DNA from: Paramecium tetraurelia
Lineage: Eukaryota
Length of the DNA: 64,000 bases
Direction of reading: 5' to 3'
Assembly (NCBI GenBank): GCA_000165425.1
Contig: CT868318.1
Span: forward strand, 709,067-773,066
Shown here: positions 28,749 to 42,400 of the stretch, piece after piece
How positions within the stretch are numbered: the first letter of the stretch is position 1
Layout: every line of letters starts with the position of its first letter
Notes under the pieces: model-generated
Told to the model about the DNA's origin: nothing
The model's database searches: none
The model's input: the letters and a program-made list of their open reading frames with translations, nothing else
Program-made: the position numbers and the translations under genes

Positions 28749-30233
28749 TCATTGTTTCGATAGATGTTCTTTAAAATGAACATTAATCATTCCAACTTTT
28801 CTTTGTACTTAATAAATCTATTCGTCATCATCATTTAATTCATCATCAAAATCATCAAACTCTGAAAAATTGATTGGACTTTTCTTTTGTTTGTTTTCTT
28901 GAACATCGAAATCTCTAAATTCTCGATTTTAGAAAAATACTCCTTAAAATTTCTATCCCTTAGGTTATTTTACTAATGACGACTCTCTAGAATATGATTA
29001 TTTTGAATTTTATCGAGATCTCGAAATATTTTTATTATTTCTATTGGATACTATTGAAGGAGCATAATTGAGAACAACTGAAGATTACTACGAAGTTTAA
29101 TCGATTTGATAAGATTTACGTTTTTCACTCATCTTTAGTTTAAAGTAATCACCTTAGATATTTGAAATATCGATTTCATTAGAAGATTACTAAGCTTAAT
29201 CTGAAGATTTAGTAGAAGTAGTTTGATTGTCCATCCAATCAAATTTTCTATCAAAATTGAAGTTATTTTATTGAGCTATTCTTTTAAATAACCCTTGTAA
29301 ATATTAATAATCTGGAGTAGATGCGAATTTCAATTTGTAAACGTAATCCATATATTTCTAAAATTCAATAGGCAATCCTTTGCATAAATCTTTTAATTCA
29401 AGTTCCATTTTTAATTTACCTACTAACTTAGTTTTCTCTTTGTCGGATGTGGATGTGATATTTTACCATGGTAGATTCCCTATTTTCATATATATTATTA
29501 ATTTACCTCTGAGCAAATATATAAAAACATATCCTAAACTTTCTAAGTCATCCTTTCTCGATAATTCATAACCCTTATGAGCAGAAATGCTAGCATATCG
29601 AGTTGTGCCTATAAAAGGTTTATTTTCTTGGAATGGACTAGATAAAATAAAAATAATACATATGCTAATTGTTATTGCGAAATTTTTTAGATATTCCAAA
29701 ATCAACCATATAAACTTATTGAGAATCATTTCCTCTTCCCATTAAGATGTTTTCTGGTTTTATATCTCTATGAATGACACCCCTTTAAATATTTTTATAT
29801 GGTACCTTTTATGAATCTCTTCTAGTATAGTAAGCAATTATTCAGCTAGGTTGCATACTGTTTTTAACGAGTGCTTCTTAAATTTCTTTTAAAAATGAGA
29901 TAAGTCTCTTCCAAGCAATTGCATAGCCATACAATTTTGGTTATACTCATTTCCATACCAATACAACTTTGGAACACCTTGATGTATTTAAATTTAAGAA
30001 TACCTGTTATTCCTCGAAGTTCCTCTATGATTTAAATTTCTCGTTCTAAACTCATTAAATCTTTATTTTCCTTTTCTACTTTTATAGCAACATAATCTCT
30101 AGTAACTTTATCATGGCAAATATAAACTACTCCAAAAGACCCTAAAAAAAAGTTTTATTCTCTTCATACCTTGGCTTAATTTATCTCTCTGGACAAACCG
30201 ACCATAATATATCCTGCCTTTGTCCTGTTGCAT
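28749..30233 (-). CDS. Casein kinase 1 family kinase (copy B)
   Basis: [66 protein letters not shown]; 5 tiny introns. Confidence 0.93.
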
Positions 30234-30491
30234 TGATTACAATAAATATTAAATATATTAAAATTTCCCTAAAGTTAATATTTAGAAGATTTTAAGATTA
30301 TTTTTTAAGAGAACTTCAACACATTATTCAAGAGAGATTATTTTAGAAAGACTCTTCAAAATTACACATGTATCCATTACTGAATTCTCTAATCACAACT
30401 TCTAGATATACTAATATTTTAATCAATAAAAAACTGCATATTTGTATTTTTAGAAATTAATCGTTTAGTTGTTTGAATTTTTTTTATATAT

Positions 30492-32069
30492 TCATTCTTT
30501 TTTATCTGTATTATATAAATACTATAATATATAAATAGTTTCAAAACATAGTTCATCCTACTTTATTATTTAAGATAGGATCGATATTTTCTTTTTATTT
30601 GGCTTTTTTTAAACCATCTAATTCAGTTTTAACTACCATTAGCTATTCTTAACTAATGTGGTATTGTTTATTGATTGATAAGAACTTGCTTTTCCAGATG
30701 TCAATCTCTTCTAGGTATTTCTTGTGATTTTCTTCGCATGATCTAGAAGTTTAATTTTCGAGTTCTGTTAATTTTTATTTTAAAATTTTATTTAATCTTT
30801 CAACCTCCATAACCAAAGTTGCATTCTTCTTTTCAAGATCTCTGATAATGACTTTTTATTCATTCTTAATCTACTTATTACAATTACAATCCTTCTGCAT
30901 ACTCAATTCCCTTATCATCAGATCCTTTTGTCTAAATTATAAAATAAATAACTTACTCTATAATAATTTGTAACTTTTAGATTTAGGCTTTTTACTCATT
31001 TTAAACAGATGATTTAATCATTTATGAGAGTTGTACATCTTATTTTTACAATTAATCTAGATAATAGGTTTCTATTGCTTATTTTTCTTTTATGGCACCT
31101 AGTTTTTCTTCTTTGAGATTTTAGCATATCAAATTTGTTTGGTTCAATTGTTATTGTAATATTGTAATTTATTAATTTAACTACTTGCAAATTTATATTT
31201 AGCTTTCTAATTCAATTTAAAGAGTTTTAATTTGTTATTAATGCTCTTCTGTTGTAGAAATAATAGATTATTTATCTAATAACAATTAGTTTTCTTTGTT
31301 TAGACGTTAGATTTAACTTTGATAAGAATCTATCAATTATTTCATGCCTTCAATTTCTTATTCTTTTTCTTTTTTATAGAATATGAATTCCTTTTAAACT
31401 AATTCAAATTTATTTTCTAATATTAAAATAAATTCATTAGCATTTTGCTATTAACTATTCTATAATATATGTTCTCTCTATTTAACAATTTCCTCTTAAT
31501 ATCTCTTTATCTCGCTTTATTAAAATCTTAATGGATAATTATCAATTTTACTTAATTTCCTTCTCCTGTAAGAATTCTTTTTCACTTCTCATTTCCTTCT
31601 CAAGATTGTTCTTCTTCTAAATTTACTCTATGCTCTCTTGCAATACAATTATCTGTTATTTTTATGTATCATAATTGTCTTATAAATAATTGTACTGTTC
31701 CTCCAATCTCTAAACTTATTGCTAATAAATGAGAGAATCCTTCTTTTCAATTTGAAGTTTGAATTCTAAATTCTCTATAACTTATTATTATTATTTATTC
31801 TTCAATCTCTGCTCATTCAACTCAATACAAATTTAACTCTACTGCTCTAATCTATCAAATTGGATATGTCTACCTTTTGCTTCCAGTAATTCAGCCTCTT
31901 AAACTTTCAACTTCTACTTATATAAATCTCTATCGAATTCTCTGTTGATTAATCTAAGAGGCTCTTCCATCGTAGTAGCAAATGAAACTGCTCTTGTCTA
32001 TGGAGATGGTTTGTTGTTAGTATAGAATTTTTCTTAACTCTATCTCAGAGACCTAGAAGGTTTGTACAT
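30492..32069 (-). CDS. Coiled-coil (Q/E/K-rich) hypothetical protein
   Basis: MYKPSRSLRQSQEKFY.. heptad-rich ..KYLEEIDIWKSKFLSINKQYH; 3' end uncertain (30492 as read, ~30553 if the T7 run at 30604 is one base short). Confidence 0.7.
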
Positions 32070-32269
32070 AGATTTTTATCAGTTAAATTAAATATTGTAA
32101 AATTTATCCATCTTTTATCAATGAAAAATAATCAATACATGTGAAGCGAGACTCATCCTTCTTCAATTAGTAAATTATTATTGAATAGTTGAATAGATCA
32201 TGGTTCTTGTTTTCAAATATTATATAATAATAATTCCAATTTTATATAATTTATTTACGGTGAGGAATA

Positions 32270-33284
32270 ATGTCTAAGGACTTTTCAGAGTATTTGAAAG
32301 GAATGAAGAAAGAAGAAACAACTAGCAATATTGATTTAAAGGAGTTAGAAAGTGTGTTTGATCAGAAGAAATACGAAGTTAAATGGTGGTAGATTGTAAT
32401 AGGAAATTCATTCACAACCACTGCCTTGGGGTAAGAGATTGACATTTAATAAGATAAGAATATTGACATAGCCATTACAAGTTATACATACTACATTTTA
32501 ACTATCAATTAAAAGAATGGATTTTTAAGTGAACAATCTTAGAGACATCATGGAGGCAAAGATCACTTTGGGACAATAAAAGAAACTAGAATAGATATTG
32601 AAATTAAAAATTGTTAAGTACCAAGGCCCATCCTATCAAAACTATAATGCTGTTTTCAAAGGATTAGGTGAACAAGGAGTTTTAGGGTTTTATAAAGGGT
32701 TAGGAACAGGAATCCTCTATTAGATCACAAATTCTTAGTTGAGATACTTCTTAATCTAGAAGTACTTCAACGAAAAGAAGTTGATCCAAAATTTGTATGC
32801 TTCCTTGATTGGTATGGCTGTTGACGTACTCACAAATCCATTCATGCTGATATAATCCAAAATGATACACCAAAATAGATTACCAAATTTTAGAACATAT
32901 AGATCGATCTATGACCTATTAAAGAAAGAGAGAAATCTGTATAAGGGTGCATTGGGACATATTTATAAGCACATATTTATCAGTTTATCTTAGATGCCTT
33001 CAATCTACATAAACGATTCAAGGTTGTGTTTAAGTTATTTATTGATGATTCAATAAGTAGTATCGTACCCATTTTTAACTGTGATCAGGAGATTACATTG
33101 TTAAGGGTCGTAGCCATTTATGTTACAGACCAACTATAAAGGATTTTGGGATGGAGCAAAATAGATATATTAGCAGGAAGGAATTTTGACATTTTACAGA
33201 GGGTTTGCTGCTTTTGGAATTGCAAACTCATTTATGGCTTTTGTATTGTATTCAACATAGCTTTTGGGAGAAAGTTAGGAATGA
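32270..33284 (+). CDS. Mitochondrial carrier family (SLC25)-like protein, divergent
   Basis: Three carrier repeats: TQPLQVIHT..EQGVLGFYKG; TNPFMLIQS..NLYKG; SYPFLTVIRR..YKGFWD..QEGILTFYRG; one intron. Confidence 0.82.
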
Positions 33285-33442
33285 AGCATGATAATTTATT
33301 TTTGTGTGTAATTTATGGTATTTTTAATTAAACATTCGTGTACCCAATTAAATTAATTATGAATACATCATATGCAAATATTTGAATTCTTAAGACATTT
33401 AATGCAGATATTTTATATCATTTTTAAATTAAAATATAATAA

Positions 33443-36400
33443 ATGGAAGAAAGTGAGACATAGCTGAATGTGAAAGTACAAGAATAGGGCAAATTGTACA
33501 GTGCTAATGAGATTGAAAATTTCAATTAGTATTTAAGCGCAATTTGCTTGAGTTTATTGATCATCGATAAGGATTAATGGAATGTAGCATGTCACGAGGA
33601 TGTGAATTAATAAGTATGAAATTGTAATAATCGAATAGAATATTTGTCAATTTTTATCGGATTCCTAAATAAAGGCTCTGATAGTTAGTAAGACTGTGGA
33701 GAATGAGAAATTCAATATTTAAATTCGCTCAGAATATGAGGCATCCAACAATTATGCTCATACAATTTGCTTTTTAAAGAGACACACCTTTCAATATGAC
33801 AATTAATTACAACCATAGTAATTTAGTAACCATGTTTAAGTGATAAACGTTGGATATGCAGAATCACAAGGAGGAGCAAATCCCTTCACTTTGTCACACA
33901 ATTACGTATAAAATTGTTTCATTCCAATCTTCACCCAATACAAGGGCGAGATTGACAAAAAGAGGATTGTAGATCAATCGAGTTATAACGATTTGATTAA
34001 GAAGCTGAATGAAGTTAATTTGGCATTCATTAAATGCAGATAGAATGTGGAAGTGCCTGAAATCATTTTACAATTCGATCCTCGTATCAAGGAAGCTGTC
34101 AAATAGAGAGGAGGCAAGCCAACAATTGAAGATGCAGCTCAATTGAATAAGCCTGACATAGTTTAATCAATATCTCAGACAGTGACAAGATGGATTTCAG
34201 ACATAAATTAAATATCAAACACAAAGTTGGAGTTGACTAATGCAAGTATAGTGGATGAAATAAACTATTGGATGAGCATGGAGAGGTCGTTGTTTTTTAT
34301 TGAGAATCAATTGAAACAACCTGAAGTTGATTTCACAATCGAAGTGTTGACTCAAGCTAAGAAGATGAACATCACAGCACAATTTAAGGAGATAGCCTTG
34401 AAGTAGAGCTTATAGAAATGTCAATCATGCAACTAATTCATGAAAGAATTCCCAATCAACAATTTATTGATAGCAACAAATTTGGTGGAAATCAAAGATG
34501 CTATGATCTAGATATTCTAACATATGAAGAAATTGTCAAACATTCAAGAGACATACACCATTCCTAGATCACTTCAATTGGCAGAATCCTTTTCAAGAGA
34601 ATTGACAAATGAAATGATCAAATATTTTAAGGGATTTTAGATACTCCACATTAAGTATGTTGACTTCAAGGGCTTAATCATCAAGACTCAGGAGATCTTC
34701 AGTCAATGGGATGAGGAATATAAGATATTCAAATAAAGTATTGTCAAGAAATCTGTGCATCAGAAGGATTAATATGGTTAATTTGAGCACATCAAATTGC
34801 AAAAGCAGATCCAACATATTTAGAGACTTAGGGAAATGCATGAAAATCTCAAAGAAGTTATTGAGTAGATCATTCAAAATGATTAAGAAGAGTAGAAGGA
34901 GAATGTCCAATAATTTGCCACCTTATAAGAAATTCAATAGGCATATGACATTTTCAAAAATGTTGAAGTGTTTGATTTGAGTAGAGATGGCGAAGATTAG
35001 TTTTTCAGAGCATTGAAATAATACGAAATTGCTATTGAATCCGTTGAAGCAACTATTACTACAAATTTGAGAGATTCACTTGGTTCAGCATCGTCTGCCA
35101 AAGAAATGTTTAGAATATTGGCTAAATTCAATAAGTTGTTTTCAAGACCAAGAATCAAGGGGGCCATCCAAGAGTATCAATCACAATTGTTAAAGACTGT
35201 CCACAAGGATATTCAATCCTTACAGAATAAGTTCAAGGAAACTTATTAAAAGAGTTAGAATTCGAGATTGGCATCAGCAAGAGATATTCCATTGACTTCA
35301 GGATTTGTTATCTGGTCCAAATAATTACAAATTAGATTGTAGAAATATATGCAAAAGGTAGAACAGATCTTAGGTCCTTAATGGGCAGAAGATACTGATG
35401 GCAAGAAATGTAAAGAAATGGGTGAGACATTTGAAAGGATTCTGGATTCAGGACCAGCTTTGGAGGATTGGAAACAAGAAATTAATCATCATAATAAGGC
35501 AGTCAGTCAAAATGAAAAGTTATTTGAAGTAGTTACAAGAAGGAGAGGATTAGAAATTAGAGTCAATTATGAGAAAAAGCTAAGCTAATTATTCAAAGAA
35601 GTGAGAAATCTAAGTAATATGAAAACAAAGGTCCCATATTCAATATCTCACATTGCTAATGATGCTAAGGCTTCTTATCCATTTGCCTTATCTTTACAAG
35701 AATCATTGCACACTTACATCTAGATAACATCTCAATTGAATGCCAAATCTGCCAAATTGGTAGCTGCTTTAAGAAAGGAAGTGTAACTATAAATTGGTTA
35801 AGGATTCAACTACTTGTGGACTCACAAAACCTAGTTACAGCCATACGTGAAGAAATTCACTGACAAGGTCTTTGAATTGGAGTAAGCTGTTAATGGATTG
35901 AATGAGAGAATTGGTTAGATAGAATCATTATGTGAAGCTATGAAGACATGTCCCGTAGATTCTTTGGCTGATAAATTAAAGGATATCCAAGAAGTTATAG
36001 ATTCACTATGCTTCAATAATTTCTCAAATTTACACATTTGGATCTAGGATATTGATAAATAAATTGAAAGCATTTTATGTGATAGAGTGACTGTGCAAAT
36101 GAAGGAATGGTTAAATTAATTCATCAATTATCAGAAAATTCAAGAAAGAGGACTTGTAAATTAGACAGTTGTGCATGAATTGAAACTACAAGATTAGATC
36201 ATTTATGTGGACCCTCCTGTTGAGTATGCAAAGTACTTCTGGTTCTAAGAGTTTCATAAAATGATTGGATAGATTTGCAGCTTACCCAGGTTAGTTGCCA
36301 ATAGATTCGACAATACAATATAGTAAAATACAGGCCCATGGGGTACTTAAAGAGACTTAGACTATTCAACTACTATAAATAAGATAAATTAACAGTTGAT

Positions 36401-39400
36401 AAAGGATGCTTATTCATAAATTGGGTAATTATTGGAAGACATGGAATAATACGTGTAGACATGGTTAAATTATCAATCACTATGGGAATTAGATATTAAA
36501 TAAGTAGAATAAATACTATAAGATGATATTGAAAAGTGGTAATAGATGTTAACAGATATTAAATAAGGAAGAGCTACATTCGACAATTCAACAACAGAGG
36601 AACATTTTGGAGCAATTATAATTGATTATAGAATGGTTTAAGTCAAGATTAATCATAAGTATGATGCTTGGCATAAGGAGTTGTTAAATCATTTTGGTAA
36701 TAAGTTTGGAGAGTAGTTGAGAGTGTTTAATAAGAATGTTACAACAGAAAAGGAGAAACTACTCAAAATCAATTTCTAAGATTTAACATCAGACATCATT
36801 GAATCCATTACAATAATATAAGAGTAAGATAAGAAATTCCCAGGATGGTCTGCAGATATAGAATCCTTTAAGAATGGTCAAAAGGTTTTGGATAGACAAA
36901 GATATCAATATCCAGGAGATTGGCTGAGTTTTGAATAGGTAGAGATGCAGTGGAATCAATTTAAATAGATTCGTAGTAAGAAACTACAATCACAAGAGAG
37001 TGAAATGAATAACATTCAGTCTAAGATTTAATAGGATGAGAGATATTTGAATTAATAAATACAAGAGATTGAAGAACAATGGAAGACATCTAAACCTGAT
37101 TCTGGAGATTGCTCTCCAAATGAGGCTGAATAGATACTCAAAAGTTTGAATGAACAACTGATATCAGTTTAAGAGAAGTATGAGAAGTGCAGTTAGGCTA
37201 AAGAGATTTTGAAGATGGATCCACCTACTCATTAATAGAAGTTGAATGTTTTGTTGGAATCAATTTCAGATCTCTAGGATGTTTGGTAGGAATTGGGCAA
37301 GATTTGGAAGGTGATGCAATCGATTAAGGAATAATTGATATCAGCTCTATAGAATAAGAAGATCAAGGATACATGTGATGAGGCTTAGAAACAATTGAAT
37401 GGAGTATCTACTAAGACAAGGAATTACGATGCATTTGAAAAGATGAAGGAGAAGGTAAAGAACTATATTAAGATGAATAAACTCATTATGGATTTGAAGG
37501 ATGAATCAATGAAGGAGAGACATTGGAGACAATTATTGTCAAAATTGAAAATCAATGAATCTTTAAATTAATTGTAAATGCAACATTTGTGGAATGCTAA
37601 TCTTTTGAATTATGAGAATCTAGCTAAGGACATTATGACAGTTGCAAGAGGAGAACAGGTGTTAGAGACAATGATTTCATAAGTGAAGGACTTTTGGAAT
37701 TCATTTGAATTAGAATTAGTCAAATATTAAACTAAATGTAAATTGATCAGAGGTTGGGATGAATTGTTTTAGAAGTTAGATGAGGATCTTAATAACTTAG
37801 CCTCAATGAAGATTTCTCCTTTCTATAAAACCTTTGAGGCAGAAATCTCTTAATGGGATGATAAATTGCAGAAAGTGAAATTGACCATGGATATTTGGAT
37901 TGATGTTCAGAGGAGATGGGTTTATTTGGAAGGTATCTTCTTTGGTTCTTCTGATATCAAAACATAATTGTAAAATGAATACAATAAATTCAAAGATATT
38001 GACAGTCAATTCACTAATTTGATGAAGAAAGTGGCTCAAAAACCATAATTAATGGATGTCTAAGGAATCCCCAATTTGGCTAAGACCTTAGAAAGATTAA
38101 GTGATTTCCTATAGAAGATCCAAAAGGCATTGGGTGATTACTTGGAGACTTAGAGATAAGCATTCGCTAGATTTTATTTTGTGGGAGATGACGATCTATT
38201 GGATATCATTGGTAATTCAAAAGATGTGACAAATGTGTAAAGACATTTCCCTAAGATGTATGCAGGAATTGTGCAATTGTAGAGTAGAAAGGATGGAAAT
38301 GATGATGTTGTATTGGGAATGTCAAGTAAAGAAGGAGAGGTGGTTCCATTTAGTAAGGAGGTGAAGATTGCAGAGGATCCCAGAATCAACATATGGTTGG
38401 GTAAGGTTGACAATGAGATGATGAATTCATTGGCTCTGGATTTAGAGAAATCAGTCTTAGATATCCAAGCTAATCAATAGAACAGGATGAAAGTAATTGA
38501 GGAACATCCAGCTCAAATCATTTTATTGGCCTTGTAAGTGGGATGGTGTTTTTCAGTTGAATCATCATTCAATAATGAATAATAGATGAAACAAACATTG
38601 TAGTATGTGTTGGAATTCTTGTCTGAATTGGCAGAGAGTGTATTGAAGGATCATCCTAAATAATTGAGATAGAAGTTTGAGTAGATTATTACAGACTTTG
38701 TTCATTAGAGAGATGTGATCAGATTGTTGATGAACAATAAAATAAACAGTAAGAATGACTTCGGTTGGTAATACCACATGAGATTCAATTGGAATTCTAA
38801 GGAAGCAGATCCTGGAAAAAGGTTACTGATTTAAATGGGTAATGCACAATTCCATTATGGATTTGAATATTTGGGAGTGGCAGAGAAGTTAGTCTAAACT
38901 CCATTGACTGATAAATGCTTTTTGACATTGACACAAGCTTTGCATTTGAGAATGGGAGGATCTCCTTTTGGACCAGCTGGTACAGGTAAGACAGAGAGTG
39001 TTAAGGCATTGGGTGCATAATTGGGTAGATTCGTTTTGGTGTTTAATTGTGATGAGACATTCGATTTTAATGCCATGGGTAGAATCTTCGTAGGATTGTG
39101 TTAAGTAGGAGCTTGGGGTTGTTTCGATGAGTTCAATAGATTGGAGGAACGTATGTTGTCTGCTTGTTCATAACAAATATTATTGATTTAAACAGGATTG
39201 AGAGAGAAGTAGAAGCAAATAGAATTGATGGGCAAGGATGTGAAATTGAGTTCATAGATGGGAGTGTTTGTTACTATGAATCCTGGATATGCAGGGAGAT
39301 CAAATCTACCAGAGAATTTGAAATAGTTGTTCAGATAAATGGCCATGGTTAAACCAGATAGAGAATTGATTGCTTAAGTCATGTTATTCAGTTAAGGATT

Positions 39401-42400
39401 CAGAACAGCAGAAAAATTAGCAGGAAAGATAGTTTCACTATTTGAATTATGTGACAATCAATTATCATCACAACCACATTACGATTTTGGTTTGAGAGCC
39501 TTGAAATCAGTATTGAACTCTGCTGGTAACATGAAGAGACAAGAAATGATAGACAGAAAATAAGAACCTGTTCCATAATCTGAAATTGAAGAGTTCGAAT
39601 AAACCATTTTATTAAGGAGTGTTTGTGATACTGTGGTACCCAAATTAATCAAAGACGATATCAAATTGTTGGAAACATTGTTATAAGGTGTATTTCCAGG
39701 ATCTTGCATTCCAGAAATTAAGGAGGAACAATTAAGAAAGGAATTAGCCTTGGCTTGTCAGAGAAAGAATCTACAATCGAGTAAGAACTTCATTGAAAAA
39801 GTGTTGTAATTGTATTAGATTCAGAGATTACAACACGGTTTGATGTTAGTTGGTCCATGTGGTTGTGGCAAGAGTGCTGCCTGGAGAGTCCTATTGGAAG
39901 CGATGTATAAATGTGATAAAGTGAAAGGAGAATTTTATATTGTTGATCCAAAGGCCATATCCAAAGATGAATTATATGGTAGATTAGACAATACCACTTT
40001 GGAATGGACTGATGGAGTCTTCACTTCTATACTCAGGAAAATCATATCTAATCAAAGACAAGAGAGCACCAGAAGACATTGGATTATATTTGATGGAGAC
40101 GTTGATCCTGAATGGGCTGAAAATCTCAACTCAGTGCTTGATGACAATAAACTATTAACCTTACCTAACGGTGAAAGATTGGCTATTCCCCCTAATGTTA
40201 GAATGATCTTTGAAGTCGAAACTCTTAAATATGCCACCTTAGCTACTGTTTCCAGATGTGGTATGGTTTGGTTTAGCGAAGAAACCATCAATGATGAAAA
40301 TATCTTCTATCACTTCTTGGAACGATTGAAGTAGGATGATTATGATCAATAAAAATCTGAAGATGACAACAACAAGTAAGTTAATTCTCAAGAAAGTGAA
40401 CTAAGAACTAAATGTGTTAAAGCCCTAGAATCAATCATCAAGTTTTTATCCTAATTCCTCTAAATTGCCTAAAAACCAGAATATAAACATGTCATGGAAT
40501 TCACCAGAATCAGAGTCTTAGAAAGCACTTTCGCTTTAGTTAGAAGAAGCATTTCAAATATCATCGAATACAATGAAAATAACTCTGAAGTTCCATTGGA
40601 AGATGATCAAATTAATGATTTCATGGTTAAACAATTTCTTATTGCTGTCATGTGGGGTGTCGCTGGTTCCATGAATCTTTATTAAAGAACACAATACTCC
40701 AAGGAAATCTGTTAATTATTACCACACAATGTTATCCTACCATAATTCAATGATAGCGCACCTTCATTGATTGACTTTGAAGTCACTCTCCCAGAAGCTT
40801 AATGGAGCCAATATAAGAAGAAGGTACCTCAAATTGAAATTGATCCACAAAGAGTCACAGATGCTGATCTCATCATCGAAACAGTTGATACTCTCAGACA
40901 TAAAGATGTTCTCTGTGGATGGCTTAATGAACATAGACCCTTCTTATTATGTGGACCTCCTGGTAGTGGTAAGACCATGACTTTAATGAGCACACTAAAG
41001 GCCTTAACTGATTTCGAAATGATCTTCATCAATTTCAGTAGTTCCACTATGCCTCAATTAATCATTAAATAATTTGATCATTATTGCGAATATAAGAAAA
41101 CTACAAATGGAGTCTTCTTACAACCAAAGAATTAGAAATGGCTCGTTGTATTTTGTGATGAAATCAATCTACCTGATCAAGATAAATATGGCACCATGGC
41201 TATTATCACTTTCTTACGTTAATTAACAGAATAACACGGATTTTGGAGATCTTCAGATAGACAATGGATTTCCCTTGATAGAATCTAATTCGTAGGAGCA
41301 TGTAATCCTCCTACTGATGTGGGTAGAAAACCACTTACTCCAAGATTTCTTAGACATTGTCCTTTAATCCTCGTCGATTTCCCAGGACCTGAATCACTCA
41401 AATAAATTTATGGCACTTTCAATAAGGCAATGCTTAGAAGAACAGTTAACCTTAAACAATATTCTGAATAACTCACTAATGCTATGGTTGAATTTTACAC
41501 CAAATCATAATAACATTTCACAGCTGATTAATAAGCTCATTATATTTATTCACCCAGAGAATTAACTAGATGGAAGTATGCTTTGAATGAAGCCTTAGAA
41601 CCACTTGAATCTGTTGAAGATTTAGTTAGACTATGGGCACATGAAGGTTTAAGATTATTCCAAGATAGATTGGTACATGAACATGAAAAAGAGTGGTGCA
41701 ATAAACTTATTGATCAAGTTGCTTATAATAATTTCAACAATTTGAAAGATGAAGCTTTACAAAGACCAATTCTATTCAGTAACTATCTCCATAAGGTTTA
41801 TCAAAGTGTTGATAGAGAAGAGTTGAGAAAGTACATCCAAGGAAGACTCAAATAATTTAATGAAGAAGAATTATCTGTTCCCTTGGTTGTTTTTGATGAT
41901 GTACTTGATCACATATTGAGAATCGATAGAGTTCTGAAATAACCTTTAGGACATCTACTATTGGTTGGATCTTCTGGAGTTGGTAAAACAACACTCACAA
42001 GATTTGTAAGTTGGATTAATAATCTTACAGTCTTCTAAATTAAGGCAGGTAGAGATTATTAATTAGCTGACTTTGATAATGATCTGAGGGAGGTAATGAA
42101 GAGGGCTGGTGCTAAAGGCGAGAAGATTACATTCATTTTTGATGAATCAAATGTATTAGGTCCATCTTTCTTAGAGAAGATGAATGCATTGTTGGCATCA
42201 GGTGAAATTCCAGGATTGTTTGAAAATGACGAATATTTGGCATTGATTAACTTGCTTAAAGAAAACTCAAATCAAAACAAATAATTTGATTCTTCAGAAG
42301 AATAGTTATTCAAGAATTTCACTTACTAAGTGTAAAGAAATTTACACGTTGTATTTACAATGAATCCTAAGAATCCAGATTTTTCAAATAGAACAGCTTC

